A stretch of DNA of 62,866 bases, counting the filler. It is 5 parts of 5 records of this genome, joined end to end, with 100 filler letters (N's around TTAATTAATTAA, not from the genome) between each part and the next. Parts side by side here need not be neighbours in the genome. Positions count along the whole stretch, not along the records: positions 1 to 29,806 come from SRR20825015_141; 4 more parts are not named here. One strand, 5' to 3'. The notes under the pieces were generated by a model. The model did not search any database. It saw only the letters and a program-made list of their open reading frames with translations, and was not told where the DNA came from. The position numbers and the translations under genes were made by a program. Positions 7,471-17,042 of this stretch are shown piece after piece; the first letter of the stretch is position 1, and each line of letters opens with the position of its first letter.

Positions 7471-8862
7471 TTAGATGCTTTTTAGTTCTGAAATAATTTT
7501 TCCTAGTCCAACTTTTGCGTCAGCAAGCAATAAATCGCAATTATCAGCATCAAAAAGCGGATTTGAAATACCAGCATATCCCGTTGCTAAGCTTCTTTTT
7601 ATGACAACTACCTTTTTTGCCTTGTATGTTTGGATAATTGGCATTCCGTAGATTGGACTATTTTCATCTGATTCTGCAGCGGTATTCACAACATCATTTG
7701 CTCCAATAATGAAGCAGTAATCGGTTTCAGAAAGGTATTCATTTCCCAAATCGAGGTCTAGAATTTCATCGTAGTTAATATTCGCTTCCGCAAGTAAAAC
7801 GTTCATGTGTCCAGGCATTCTTCCTGCTACAGGATGGATTACAAACTTTAATTCAATGTCCAATTCACTCAAGTGTTCTTTGAGTTCAAAGCACAACTTT
7901 TGGGCCTGTGCAACTGCCAACCCGAATCCTGGGACAATTACCACCCGTTTTGAAAAAGTCAGTTCGCTTGCAATTTTAGCTGTCGTCGTCTCCTGAATGT
8001 TTGTGTAAATCGTCGCACTTGAATTAGATTGCTGAGGTTTTCGTTTTGAAAAGAACACACGTATGAGTGAAGTATTCATTGCGCGACTCATCTGGATGGT
8101 GAGAATAACTCCCGTGAATCCAACAAATACGCCGAGCAGAATCATGATGGTATTCTCAAAATATACTCCGGAAATTGTCGTGATAATTCCAGTGAGTCCG
8201 TTAAGCACAGCAATAAGTACTGGCATGTCTGCGCCTCCAACACCATTCGCAAAGAAGATCCCGTTGAATAAACTAGAAATGAACAGAAGTATAATGTAAA
8301 GGATAAATTCGGAGTAACTTTCTGTGAAAATTCCTTGAAGGATGATTATTATACAAATAACAAGTGTAATCGCTGTGAAAGCTTGGTTCCTTGAAAATGA
8401 AATCCCGAATTTTCCGCTGAGCTTGAGAAAAGCGAGGATACTCCCTGAAAAGGTCATTAAACCAAGGTAAAGAGATCCGAGTAACAAGGCTTTAATTCCA
8501 ATACCGATCGAATCGTAAGCTACCAATATGCCAGCAAGACTTATGAGAGCTGCTGAGAGTCCACCGAATCCGTTGAACAAAGAGACTAATTCAGGCATTC
8601 GAGTGATTTCAAACGCGAAGGAGATTCTTTTTCCAAGTGCAATACCGAGTAGGAGTAAACCTGCGATGAACAGCCAATTGTGCCAGTAAAAATCTAATTC
8701 CAGGTTTGTACTGATAAGCAAGGTGCTAAAAATGGCTATAAACATACCGAGAACCATGACAAAGTTCCCTCTTTTAGCCGTGCCGGGATTGTTCATTTGG
8801 ACCATTCCAAGAACAAAAAATACAGTGGCAAATAAATAGCCCAAATTTCCAGTGATTGCCAT
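7471..8862 (-). CDS. pntB: NAD(P) transhydrogenase subunit beta
   Basis: MPELVSLFNGFGG, GGADMPVLI, VPGFGLAVAQAQ, IHPVAGRMPGHMNVLLAEA, IGANDVVN. Confidence 0.95.
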   Translation of the reverse strand: MAITGNLGYLFATVFFVLGMVQMNNPGTAKRGNFVMVLGMFIAIFSTLLISTNLELDFYWHNWLFIAGLLLLGIALGKRISFAFEITRMPELVSLFNGFGGLSAALISLAGILVAYDSIGIGIKALLLGSLYLGLMTFSGSILAFLKLSGKFGISFSRNQAFTAITLVICIIIILQGIFTESYSEFILYIILLFISSLFNGIFFANGVGGADMPVLIAVLNGLTGIITTISGVYFENTIMILLGVFVGFTGVILTIQMSRAMNTSLIRVFFSKRKPQQSNSSATIYTNIQETTTAKIASELTFSKRVVIVPGFGLAVAQAQKLCFELKEHLSELDIELKFVIHPVAGRMPGHMNVLLAEANINYDEILDLDLGNEYLSETDYCFIIGANDVVNTAAESDENSPIYGMPIIQTYKAKKVVVIKRSLATGYAGISNPLFDADNCDLLLADAKVGLGKIISELKSI

Positions 8863-9170
8863 TATTTTCGTTTAGTTGATTTGAATAATTTTAACATGCG
8901 GTGAGTCACAAAGAATCCACCTGAAATATTGATTGTTCCAATAAGAACTCCCAAGGAAGAAATTACTGTAGAAACCGATAATGATAGATCCGTTTGAAGT
9001 AATTGTACGATGCCTCCGATGATCACAATCCCACTAATGGCATTCGAGCCTGACATGAGTGGAGTGTGGAGAATGGGTGGGACTTTTCGTATAACTTCAA
9101 TCCCAATTAATGAGCAAAGTAATAAAGTGTATATCCCATCAATAGGGGATATAGTAAAGCTGAAATCCAT
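8862..9170 (-). CDS. pntAB: NAD(P) transhydrogenase alpha-2 (membrane) subunit
   Basis: VPPILHTPLMSGSNAISG...NISGGFFVTHRML. Confidence 0.93.
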   Translation of the reverse strand: MDFSFTISPIDGIYTLLLCSLIGIEVIRKVPPILHTPLMSGSNAISGIVIIGGIVQLLQTDLSLSVSTVISSLGVLIGTINISGGFFVTHRMLKLFKSTKRK

Positions 9171-9173
9171 AGT

Positions 9174-10292
9174 TTAGTATTCTTTTATCTGTTCGATTAT
9201 TTTTCTGTTTACGAGTCTTCCGCCCTCTAAAATTAGAGTCGATTGAAGGATTTCGTCGTGTAGAATATGTTCTTCGTGTGTGCGATAATAGTTTAGGTAG
9301 GATTGCATATTATTTCCAAGTAGGATGGAAGACGAGGTTGGTACATTATTGTAAAGATGTGATTCACCCAAGATGCTCACAACGCCTGTTTCCTGAGCAT
9401 CTGCATTCGATGGATGTTCTGTGTTTCCTCCAGTGCTTGAGGCTAAATCAATAATGATACTTCCGACTTTCATCTTTTTTATTGCTTGTTTTGTGATCAA
9501 GATTGGAGCCTTTTGTCCAGGGATTTTGGCCGTAGTGATAATCAAATCCATTTCTCCAATTACGTTTGCAATTGTTTCCTGCACAAGTCGGTTAAACTCT
9601 GTAGTCTGCTGAACGGCATATCCACCGCTTTGCTTGTCTTCAACGGAACCTTCAATTTCAATGAATTTGGCACCCAAACTTTCCACTTCGATTTTTGTTT
9701 GTTTTCTGACATCAAATGCGTGGACAACTGCACCTAGTCTTTTAGCGGTGGCTATCGCTTGAAGACCAGCAACACCTGCACCAAGAACAAGGACTTTTGC
9801 AGGGTACAAGGTTCCACCAGCTCCGGAAATCATTGGCCCAACGATTTTTAATCGCTCGAAACCGAGTAAAACCGATTGATAGCCCGAAAGTGAGGCAAAG
9901 CTTGAGAGAACATCCATAGTTTGCGCTATGGTTGTTCTCGGAAGCATATCTAAGCTAAAAAAGTTGATTTTTTTGCCCTTTAGCGGGACTAATTTCTCAA
10001 ATTCATCTCGCACCGGAAAGCAGGATATCACTGTTTGCAAATGATCATTTTTCAGATCTTCCAAATCACCGGCATAGGTGATCAGAATATCTGTTTTTTT
10101 AAACAATAGAACACGATCATCAACAACCTCTCCCCCCGCAGATTCATACGCCTCATTCGTGAATCCTGCTTTTGCTCCAGCGTCTCTTTCTATCAATATT
10201 GAATAATGCTCGCTAAGTGACCTGACGTTTTCAGGTGTTAACGCGACAATATTCAATTCTTTATTCTCTTTTAATAATCCTATTGTTTTCAT
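9174..10292 (-). CDS. pntAA: NAD(P) transhydrogenase alpha-1 (soluble dI) subunit
   Basis: PRTTIAQTMDVLSS, VLGAGVAGLQAIATAKRLGA, TTAKIPGQKAP, DLASSTGGN. Confidence 0.93.
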   Translation of the reverse strand: MKTIGLLKENKELNIVALTPENVRSLSEHYSILIERDAGAKAGFTNEAYESAGGEVVDDRVLLFKKTDILITYAGDLEDLKNDHLQTVISCFPVRDEFEKLVPLKGKKINFFSLDMLPRTTIAQTMDVLSSFASLSGYQSVLLGFERLKIVGPMISGAGGTLYPAKVLVLGAGVAGLQAIATAKRLGAVVHAFDVRKQTKIEVESLGAKFIEIEGSVEDKQSGGYAVQQTTEFNRLVQETIANVIGEMDLIITTAKIPGQKAPILITKQAIKKMKVGSIIIDLASSTGGNTEHPSNADAQETGVVSILGESHLYNNVPTSSSILLGNNMQSYLNYYRTHEEHILHDEILQSTLILEGGRLVNRKIIEQIKEY

Positions 10293-10296
10293 ACTT

Positions 10297-11574
10297 CTAA
10301 GGAAATACCCCTCGTTCTTTGTAAGTTCTTTCGAGTCGTTTCAATCCAACGATGTATGCACTTGTTCTCCAGTCTGTTTGGTAGAAATTTGCATTTTGAA
10401 CCGTGTTGTTAAAGGCAACTACTATTTTCGCCTCAATCTGGTTCAGTACGGATTGAATCTCCCAGTTTTCACTTCTTTTATTTTGTAACCATTCATAGTA
10501 ACTTCCAATCACGCCGCCTGAATTGCAGAGAATATCTGGAATTACGTCTATGCCTTTTGAAAGAAGAATTTTTTCAGCCTCCACATTTGTTGGACCATTC
10601 GCACCTTCTGCGATCAATTCAGCCTTGATGAGGTCTGCGTTTTCGACAGTAATTTGATTTCCAAGCGCTGCAGGAACAATGATGGAACAGTTGATTTCAA
10701 AAAATGAACGATTATCCATCTCAACGGCTTGTTCAAAACCATTGATTCGCCCTTCATTCTTATTACAGTGATCAATAAGTCTTTCTGGATCAATCCCTTT
10801 TTCGTTGTAAATCGTTCCACTAGCATCTTGAACACCGATAAGAATCGCGCCTTCTTGCTGTAAGAAATGAGCCGTCCAGTAGCCAACATTTCCAAATCCT
10901 TGAACGATGAATGTTTTACCAGAGAGATTTATCTTTTTCAAGTTTGCCCAAGCCTTAATGGTAACAACTACACCAAATCCTGTTGCTCTGTCTCGTCCTT
11001 CTAAACCTCCAGATCCTACTGGTTTTCCTGTAACTACATGTAAGTTAAGTGAACGAGTTGCAGGAGATTTTGTTGAAACAAATGCGTCGGCAATCCAAGC
11101 CATTGTTTGTGAATTTGTATTCACATCTGGAGCGGGAATATCTAAATCTGGACCGATATTATCACCAAGTGCGAATGTAAATCTTCGTGTAATTCGCTCT
11201 AGTTCACCCAAAGAGTATTTCGTTGGATCAATTTCGATTCCACCTTTTCCACCGCCATACGGTAATCCTGCCAAGGCTGTTTTCCAAGTCATCCAGATTG
11301 CCAATGCGCGAGCGGCATCGATATCTACCGTTGGGTGATAGCGCAATCCACCTTTGTACGGTCCAAGTGCGTTATTGTGTTGAACGCGATATCCCGTGAA
11401 AATTTTGATGCTTCCATCGTCCATTTTAACTGGAAAATGAACAACGATCTCATTGTTCGTTGAAGCAAGAATTTCTCGAACTCCTTTATCGAGTCCCATA
11501 ATGTCGGCTGCATGACTAAATTGTTGCATGACGTTCTCATACATGCCTGTTTTTTTTGGTGTTTTTGTTTCCAT
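10297..11574 (-). CDS. gdhA: Glutamate dehydrogenase (Glu/Leu/Phe/Val dehydrogenase family)
   Basis: GYRVQHNNALGPYKGGLRYHP, GGGKGG, DIPAPDVNT, QGFGNVG, EGANGP, PDILCNSGGV. Confidence 0.9.
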   Translation of the reverse strand: METKTPKKTGMYENVMQQFSHAADIMGLDKGVREILASTNNEIVVHFPVKMDDGSIKIFTGYRVQHNNALGPYKGGLRYHPTVDIDAARALAIWMTWKTALAGLPYGGGKGGIEIDPTKYSLGELERITRRFTFALGDNIGPDLDIPAPDVNTNSQTMAWIADAFVSTKSPATRSLNLHVVTGKPVGSGGLEGRDRATGFGVVVTIKAWANLKKINLSGKTFIVQGFGNVGYWTAHFLQQEGAILIGVQDASGTIYNEKGIDPERLIDHCNKNEGRINGFEQAVEMDNRSFFEINCSIIVPAALGNQITVENADLIKAELIAEGANGPTNVEAEKILLSKGIDVIPDILCNSGGVIGSYYEWLQNKRSENWEIQSVLNQIEAKIVVAFNNTVQNANFYQTDWRTSAYIVGLKRLERTYKERGVFP

Positions 11575-11588
11575 TTATCTGAATTTAT

Positions 11589-11861
11589 TCATTGGTAATA
11601 TTCACAGTTGTAGACACTTTCCGACTTGTGGCGGTATAAACAATCGATACGGTGTTGACAGTCGTCGCAAAGACTAACAACGTTTCGAACTTCAAGGGGA
11701 ATGGGTTTAATTATTTTACTCTGCGGAGAAGGTATTTCTACCAAACGCTGTGCTTCTATAAAGTGCTCTTCACAATAGTAAATGGGTGCCGTCGCACGGG
11801 CCTCAATAATACAATCTCCCCGGTAAAGACAGTTAGGACATAAAGAGACTTTATCATTCAT
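11589..11861 (-). CDS. Small protein with duplicated Cys-rich motif
   Basis: LCPNCLYRGDC..YYCEEH and LCDDCQHRIDC..YNCEYY; 14 nt upstream of gdhA on the same strand. Confidence 0.7.
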   Translation of the reverse strand: MNDKVSLCPNCLYRGDCIIEARATAPIYYCEEHFIEAQRLVEIPSPQSKIIKPIPLEVRNVVSLCDDCQHRIDCLYRHKSESVYNCEYYQ

Positions 11862-11894
11862 GGATCGATAATTTTAATTGTTCGATTCCACTAA

Positions 11895-11910
11895 GCCAAT
11901 TAGAGTGCCA
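11895..11910 (-). promoter_or_regulatory. Probable sigma54 (-24/-12) promoter of the gdh-pnt operon
   Basis: Minus strand TGGCAC-TCTAA-TTGGC versus consensus TGGCAC-N5-TTGC (one deviation at -12); next to a GAFTGA activator gene. Confidence 0.55.
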
Positions 11911-12053
11911 CTAATTCAGATAGAATAACTTGAAAGTTATTAATTGATTGATTTACAAGTGGTTGTTATTTTTGCTTTTTGGTATTTGGAAATATCCAGA
12001 GATGATTATCGGCTGAAAATCGGGGCGAAATTACCCGCATGGGGAGGATTGAA

Positions 12054-13379
12054 TCAGGCCTTTTTTAACTTTTCTCGAAGCGTTTTACGATCGATGCCAA
12101 GAATTTCTGCGGCTTTCGTTTTGTTATTATTAGTCAGCAAAAGAACTTTGTTGATGTATTTTTTTTCGAATTCTGCGAGCGAAAGAATTCCACCTTCTAT
12201 TTCCATAGAGGGTGCGCGCATTTTCATATACGTCGGAATGTCGGATAATTCAAGCTCTGAATCACTCATAATTACCATTCGCTGAATAAAATTTTCCAGT
12301 TCACGGACATTTCCTGGCCATGAGTAGGAGCGAAGAACTTCTAACACTCTCGCATTTATTTTGAGCGATTTTTTCCCCATTTCTTTGCTGAACTTTCGAT
12401 TGAAATGTCCCACAAGTAAATCAATATCACTCTCTCGTTCCCTGAGCGGGGGAATGTGAACAGAAATAACATTCAAACGATAGTATAAATCCTCGCGAAA
12501 ATGCCCTTGTTTAATTTGTTCATCAAAATCTGAGTTTGTTGCCGAAATAATCCGCACGTTGATTTTTTGAGACTTTGTCGATCCCACCATGGTAACTTCC
12601 TTTTCTTGGATCGCGCGCAAGAGTTTTGCCTGAACCGACATTGGTGCGTTGCCTATTTCATCCAAAAAAAGTGTTCCGCCATCCGCAGCTTGGAAAAAAC
12701 CGAATCTATTTGTGATCGCTCCGGTAAAAGCACCTTTCACATGACCAAAAAGCTCGCTTTCTAAGAGTTGTTCTGGGATTGCGCCACAATTTACAGGAAC
12801 AAAAGGAGCCAATGAGAAATCGGAATTGTAGTGAATTGCTCGAGCTACCATTTCTTTACCCGTTCCACTTTCTCCTGTAATTATCACTGATGCGCGATTG
12901 TTCTTTGTCTTCTCGATGATTCGATAGAGTTTTTGCATGGGGGCAGAACGTCCGATAATCCCATGAAATGAATCGAGAATTTCTTCTTCTTGACTCTCTA
13001 CAAGTTCCTTTCCGTTCTGAGCAAGCACTTTTTCTAATGCTCCTTCCAATTCATCAAAGGTAAATGGCTTGATTAGATACTCCAAAGCACCTAATTTCAT
13101 TACTTCAACTGCACCTTCTACACTAGGATAGCCAGTGATAACAAGAATTGGTTTCTCTGGAAAATGCTGCGTTGCGTAGCGAACGAGTTGAATTCCACCG
13201 ATTTCTGGAATATTCAAATCCGTAATGATTAAATCAATCGTAGAATGTTCGATGATTTCAATGGCTTCCACAACGTTGTCGGTTGCCAAGCTGTCGAGTC
13301 CAAGCAAATCCATATTGCGACGGAGTAATTCAAGCATGTCGTGTGAATCATCTACTAATAAAACGGTCAGTTTTGCCAT
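12054..13379 (-). CDS. Sigma54-dependent response regulator (NtrC/AtoC family)
   Basis: Receiver domain, GESGTGKE, ESELFGHVKGAFTGA, WPGNVRELEN, Fis-type HTH. Confidence 0.95.
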   Translation of the reverse strand: MAKLTVLLVDDSHDMLELLRRNMDLLGLDSLATDNVVEAIEIIEHSTIDLIITDLNIPEIGGIQLVRYATQHFPEKPILVITGYPSVEGAVEVMKLGALEYLIKPFTFDELEGALEKVLAQNGKELVESQEEEILDSFHGIIGRSAPMQKLYRIIEKTKNNRASVIITGESGTGKEMVARAIHYNSDFSLAPFVPVNCGAIPEQLLESELFGHVKGAFTGAITNRFGFFQAADGGTLFLDEIGNAPMSVQAKLLRAIQEKEVTMVGSTKSQKINVRIISATNSDFDEQIKQGHFREDLYYRLNVISVHIPPLRERESDIDLLVGHFNRKFSKEMGKKSLKINARVLEVLRSYSWPGNVRELENFIQRMVIMSDSELELSDIPTYMKMRAPSMEIEGGILSLAEFEKKYINKVLLLTNNNKTKAAEILGIDRKTLREKLKKA

Positions 13380-13382
13380 AGT

Positions 13383-14492
13383 CTACCTAGTTTTCTTTGG
13401 AAAGGAAATAATGAATTTTGTGCCTTGATTTAAGGTTGATTTCACCTTAATTTTTGCTCCGTGTGCTTGCACAATTCCGTGCACCACAGATAATCCTAAT
13501 CCTGTTCCAACCACCGATTTCTTAGTTGAAAAGAAAGGTTGGAAAATTTTAGATTCTATTTCTGGAGGAATTCCACGCCCGTTGTCCTCAACAACGAGTG
13601 ATGTTCCGTTGTTTTTTTTGAGGGTGTGAATTGTAATCTGACCTTCAAGTTCTAGCGCATCAATTGCGTTTAAAATCAGATTGAAGAGCACTTGCGTAAA
13701 CTGTAAAGAATCAATTTGGAGTAATTCTATCTCCTGATCAAGATTAAGGCTCAGTTTGATTTGTTTTTCTTCGAGTTGTCGATGCAGCAATGAAACGTTC
13801 TCTAAAATGAGTTTATTGAGGTCGATCGATTCAAATTTCTGTGGAATCTCGCATGAAAAGTACATGAGTCGCTTCACAATCTCCCGAGCGCTTTTTGCAG
13901 AGCTAATAATCTTCTCCAGATCGCTTAATTTGTGCTTGTCGGATTCGTTCTTTTGAAGAAGTTCCGAATATCCAAGAATATTTCCGAGTGGAGTATTTAT
14001 CTCATGTGCGATGCCAGCGGTTAACTCTGCTAACATCGAGAGACGATCTGCGGATTTGATCACTTCGGCGATTTCTTTCTCTCGCTCGCGCTGATTATAG
14101 CGCTCGATGTACGATGACAACTCTATTCCGATATAGTTCAGGAGTTCTTGTTCTTCTTTCAGAAAAGTAATTTTCCCAGAATCATCAGCTGGATAATACA
14201 CCGTAATCGAACCTCTAATTTCTTCCTTGATTATAATATCCGTACGTTGAAAACGACCTTCAATTGGCGTATCATTATTGGAATATTCGTCGAACTGAAG
14301 TCGGGTTCTTAGCTTTTTTGGATGCATCCACCCAAAAGGAAGGAGGTTCATCGCTTCTTCCAGAACAGAGAACATTTCTCGATCATGATTCTGACAAAGT
14401 TGGGCAATGGTAAACAAACACTTGAGTTCCTTTACCCGTTCAATTAAGAGTTTTTCTGTATTTAACTTTGCCATAAACAAGAATGAAAGCAA
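13383..14492 (-). CDS. Cytoplasmic sensor histidine kinase
   Basis: AGIAHEINTPL H-box, NLILNAIDA, DNGRGI, GTGLGL; no transmembrane helix evident; likely start is ATG at 14474 because a TACATTTG -7 element lies at 14490-14497. Confidence 0.92.
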   Translation of the reverse strand: MLSFLFMAKLNTEKLLIERVKELKCLFTIAQLCQNHDREMFSVLEEAMNLLPFGWMHPKKLRTRLQFDEYSNNDTPIEGRFQRTDIIIKEEIRGSITVYYPADDSGKITFLKEEQELLNYIGIELSSYIERYNQREREKEIAEVIKSADRLSMLAELTAGIAHEINTPLGNILGYSELLQKNESDKHKLSDLEKIISSAKSAREIVKRLMYFSCEIPQKFESIDLNKLILENVSLLHRQLEEKQIKLSLNLDQEIELLQIDSLQFTQVLFNLILNAIDALELEGQITIHTLKKNNGTSLVVEDNGRGIPPEIESKIFQPFFSTKKSVVGTGLGLSVVHGIVQAHGAKIKVKSTLNQGTKFIISFPKKTR

Positions 14493-14750
14493 ATGTAGAA
14501 AATATAGTAGACTGTAAAATGGCAGAGACAGAATGTGACTAAGCTGGAAGTTTTGCGAAGTAGACGAAAATTTAGCTACTTGTTTAGACCAAATAAATTG
14601 GGGATTCTGAACGGGAATCGTTGAATTGAACCGAGTTGTAAACTAAAATTGCAAGGGAAAGAAATCCGGGAATAGATGTTTATGAAGTAGAAGATCTATC
14701 TCTCAATTCACAATAATTTCTGAAAGTTTAACAGATCTAATTCGATAGAG

Positions 14751-15164
14751 TTACCTCCAACTACCGTAACCGCCTTCTAATTCAAGTACATTTTCAAAGC
14801 CCATAGATTTCATTTGCTGTAAGGCTTTTGAACTTCTTCCTCCAGATTGACAATAGATGAGCGTCAACTTTTTCTTGTCCAATTGCGCAATTTTATCTGC
14901 GAAATCTGATGACATAAAATCAATGTTCTTCGCTTCGCTAATTTTTCCACCTTGATATTCTCTAGGTGTTCTCACATCGATTAGCTGAGCATCTGGATTT
15001 GCTTCCATTGCGCTCTTAAACTCCGTTGACGATACACTTTTGGAAATTACGTTGGACTCCGCAGACGTCTCACTATTTGAAGTTGAACTTGTTGTTTCTT
15101 GCTGCGAGTTACAGGAAAACATCATCATTAGGGACATGCCGAGTAAAAAAAGAGTCTTATTCAT
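14751..15164 (-). CDS. Rhodanese-like lipoprotein
   Basis: Lipobox MFSC; LIDVRTPREY, YCQSGGRS, LEGGYGSW. Confidence 0.9.
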   Translation of the reverse strand: MNKTLFLLGMSLMMMFSCNSQQETTSSTSNSETSAESNVISKSVSSTEFKSAMEANPDAQLIDVRTPREYQGGKISEAKNIDFMSSDFADKIAQLDKKKLTLIYCQSGGRSSKALQQMKSMGFENVLELEGGYGSWR

Positions 15165-15293
15165 CTATGGAATTATTTCATTAAAAGCGATGTAAGTTAT
15201 GGAGAACTCCTGTGTTCTCAAAACAGTTCTCGATAAATTTCACCAATTACAATCATTCAAAGCTCAAAGTAAGGGGAATCGTCTTTTCTACGA

Positions 15294-15309
15294 TGTAACA
15301 AAGGTTACA
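15294..15309. promoter_or_regulatory. Palindromic site TGTAAC-N4-GTTACA upstream of the rhodanese gene
   Basis: Perfect 6-bp arms; a near-identical copy lies at 16472-16487. Confidence 0.6.
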
Positions 15310-15320
15310 AGATGCGTTTA

Positions 15321-15956
15321 TTATCCCAATAACTGAACCGATCCTTGAGAGAGTTTCACCTTCCCCTGATGTTCTAGTTTTTTGAGCGTTCGTGACATTA
15401 CTTCACGGGTAGAACCGAGGTCTTGCGCAATTTGCTGGTGCGTTTTTTTAATTACAGATTGACCTATTGCTTGAGACGTTTTTTCCAAGTAATCCATGAT
15501 TCGATGCTCGTTTGTGGAAAATATTAAGGTCGTAATCATGTGCAGAAGTTCGTCGTACTTTCGACCAAAAAGCTCGTAAATAAAACTATTCCATGCAGGG
15601 TATTTGTTAGCAATCGCAATGGCTTCATCCGCTGGGACAATTAGAATTTCAGCGTCTTCTTCCACGATACCTTTCACGGGACTTTTTTCACCTTTCATGA
15701 GTGTAGTCATAGACATCACGCAACTTTCGCCTTGCTTCAAATAGTATAAAAGCACTTCCCCTTCCGTTTCATCTTCCTTGTAAACTTTTACTAATCCACT
15801 AATTAGCAATGGAATCGCCTTGATGTATTGACCTTCACGTAGAATGACGTCATCTTTTTTGAATGTATGAATCGTACTGATCCTCGCCAATTCATTTCTC
15901 AATTCAGGAAGTTTGGAAAGTGAAGGGAAATAAGTTTCAAGGATTTGCTCTTTCAT
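15321..15956 (-). CDS. Crp/Fnr family transcriptional regulator
   Basis: cNMP-like domain (LLYYLKQGESC) and HTH THQQIAQDLGSTREVMSRTLKKLE. Confidence 0.92.
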   Translation of the reverse strand: MKEQILETYFPSLSKLPELRNELARISTIHTFKKDDVILREGQYIKAIPLLISGLVKVYKEDETEGEVLLYYLKQGESCVMSMTTLMKGEKSPVKGIVEEDAEILIVPADEAIAIANKYPAWNSFIYELFGRKYDELLHMITTLIFSTNEHRIMDYLEKTSQAIGQSVIKKTHQQIAQDLGSTREVMSRTLKKLEHQGKVKLSQGSVQLLG

Positions 15957-16018
15957 GCTTTTTTAGCCTAAGATAATCAACTCTCCTTGATTGCACTCAA
16001 TAGGATTGCTCAAAAAGA

Positions 16019-16438
16019 CTAATTCTTCACAACGGAACTTGACTCTTGGGATTCAGAAGTCTCAATGGACTCATTTTCACCGTTGGGATGATAATGAAAG
16101 AAAAAATTCGCCCAAATAATTTTAGAAAGGGGATAGGTGAATGGAGCCGTAACTAGCAGTCCAACTACAACTGCGATTAAGATACCGTCGAAGCCAACAT
16201 CTCCGATGAATAATTCAATAGATGTCCAAATAGTAACGAAAATGGCCACACCTAGGGCATAAACGACGTAGTATGATCCTTGATAGAACCCAGGTTCCTT
16301 ACTGAATTTTTTTGAACAGACGTCGCATCTTTCTTTCGGTGTCGCCTTAAAAAATGAAGCTTCAAAAAATTTTCCTTCATGACAGTGCGGACATTTGTCG
16401 TTGAAAATACTGTATAGTTTTGATCCCTTCTTAAACAT
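16019..16438 (-). CDS. DUF983-like membrane protein
   Basis: KCPHCHEG...CDVC...EPGFYQGSYYV plus two TM helices; ATG at 16438 preferred over the longer GTG-started ORF. Confidence 0.75.
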   Translation of the reverse strand: MFKKGSKLYSIFNDKCPHCHEGKFFEASFFKATPKERCDVCSKKFSKEPGFYQGSYYVVYALGVAIFVTIWTSIELFIGDVGFDGILIAVVVGLLVTAPFTYPLSKIIWANFFFHYHPNGENESIETSESQESSSVVKN

Positions 16439-16471
16439 TGGACGAAGATATTCATCTAGGTTCACGTAAGA

Positions 16472-16487
16472 TGTAACGTTGGTCACA
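16472..16487. promoter_or_regulatory. Palindromic site TGTAAC-N4-GTCACA upstream of the DUF983-crp genes
   Basis: Second copy of the 15294-15309 motif, about 34 nt upstream of ATG 16438. Confidence 0.6.
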
Positions 16488-16509
16488 TACGCACAGGTTT
16501 TTTCCTGCG

Positions 16510-16995
16510 TTAAACGTTGGATTTAGATTGAGAGATCACGGCGTAGGACCGCTCTTCGAATGTTGTTTGTTCTTTGGGAACGTTGATTTTCTCGAACAAT
16601 TCCATGAATTCGGGAGTATGCTCTGCCATTTTTTGAGTTTGAAAATTATAGCAAATAAACTTGGTCCAAATAATGGATTTCAAAACAGTTCTGTCCTTAT
16701 TCCACATGGTCATTTCCGCTAGAAGAATATTTTTGGTGTGCATGATTAATTCTGATTCGATCAAAATTTCTTCCATTGTATACGCTGGTTTATAGTAGGC
16801 AATCTGATTTGAACCAACAACCCAACTTTGACCTGTTTTTTTCGCCAACTCGAAAATATCGATGCCATAGTGCTTAAAAATTTGATCCTCTCGAGCATTT
16901 ATGAAATAGTCGACGTATTTGGAATTATTCAGGTGATTGAATGGATCCGCGTCTTGAAATCTGACTTTTGTAGTACTTTGAAGTGTTTTTTCCAT
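16510..16995 (-). CDS. Acyl-CoA thioesterase (4HBT/YbgC hotdog family)
   Basis: VRFQDADPFNHLNNSKYVDYFINARE. Confidence 0.9.
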   Translation of the reverse strand: MEKTLQSTTKVRFQDADPFNHLNNSKYVDYFINAREDQIFKHYGIDIFELAKKTGQSWVVGSNQIAYYKPAYTMEEILIESELIMHTKNILLAEMTMWNKDRTVLKSIIWTKFICYNFQTQKMAEHTPEFMELFEKINVPKEQTTFEERSYAVISQSKSNV

Positions 16996-17008
16996 GATTA
17001 TTGTTTTT

Positions 17009-17024
17009 TATACCAATCGGTATA
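17009..17024. promoter_or_regulatory. TetR operator candidate 1
   Basis: TATACCAATCGGTATA, 13 nt upstream of the thioesterase start; exact reverse complement of 17660-17675. Confidence 0.75.
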
Positions 17025-17042
17025 TGTTATAGTAAAAAAATA

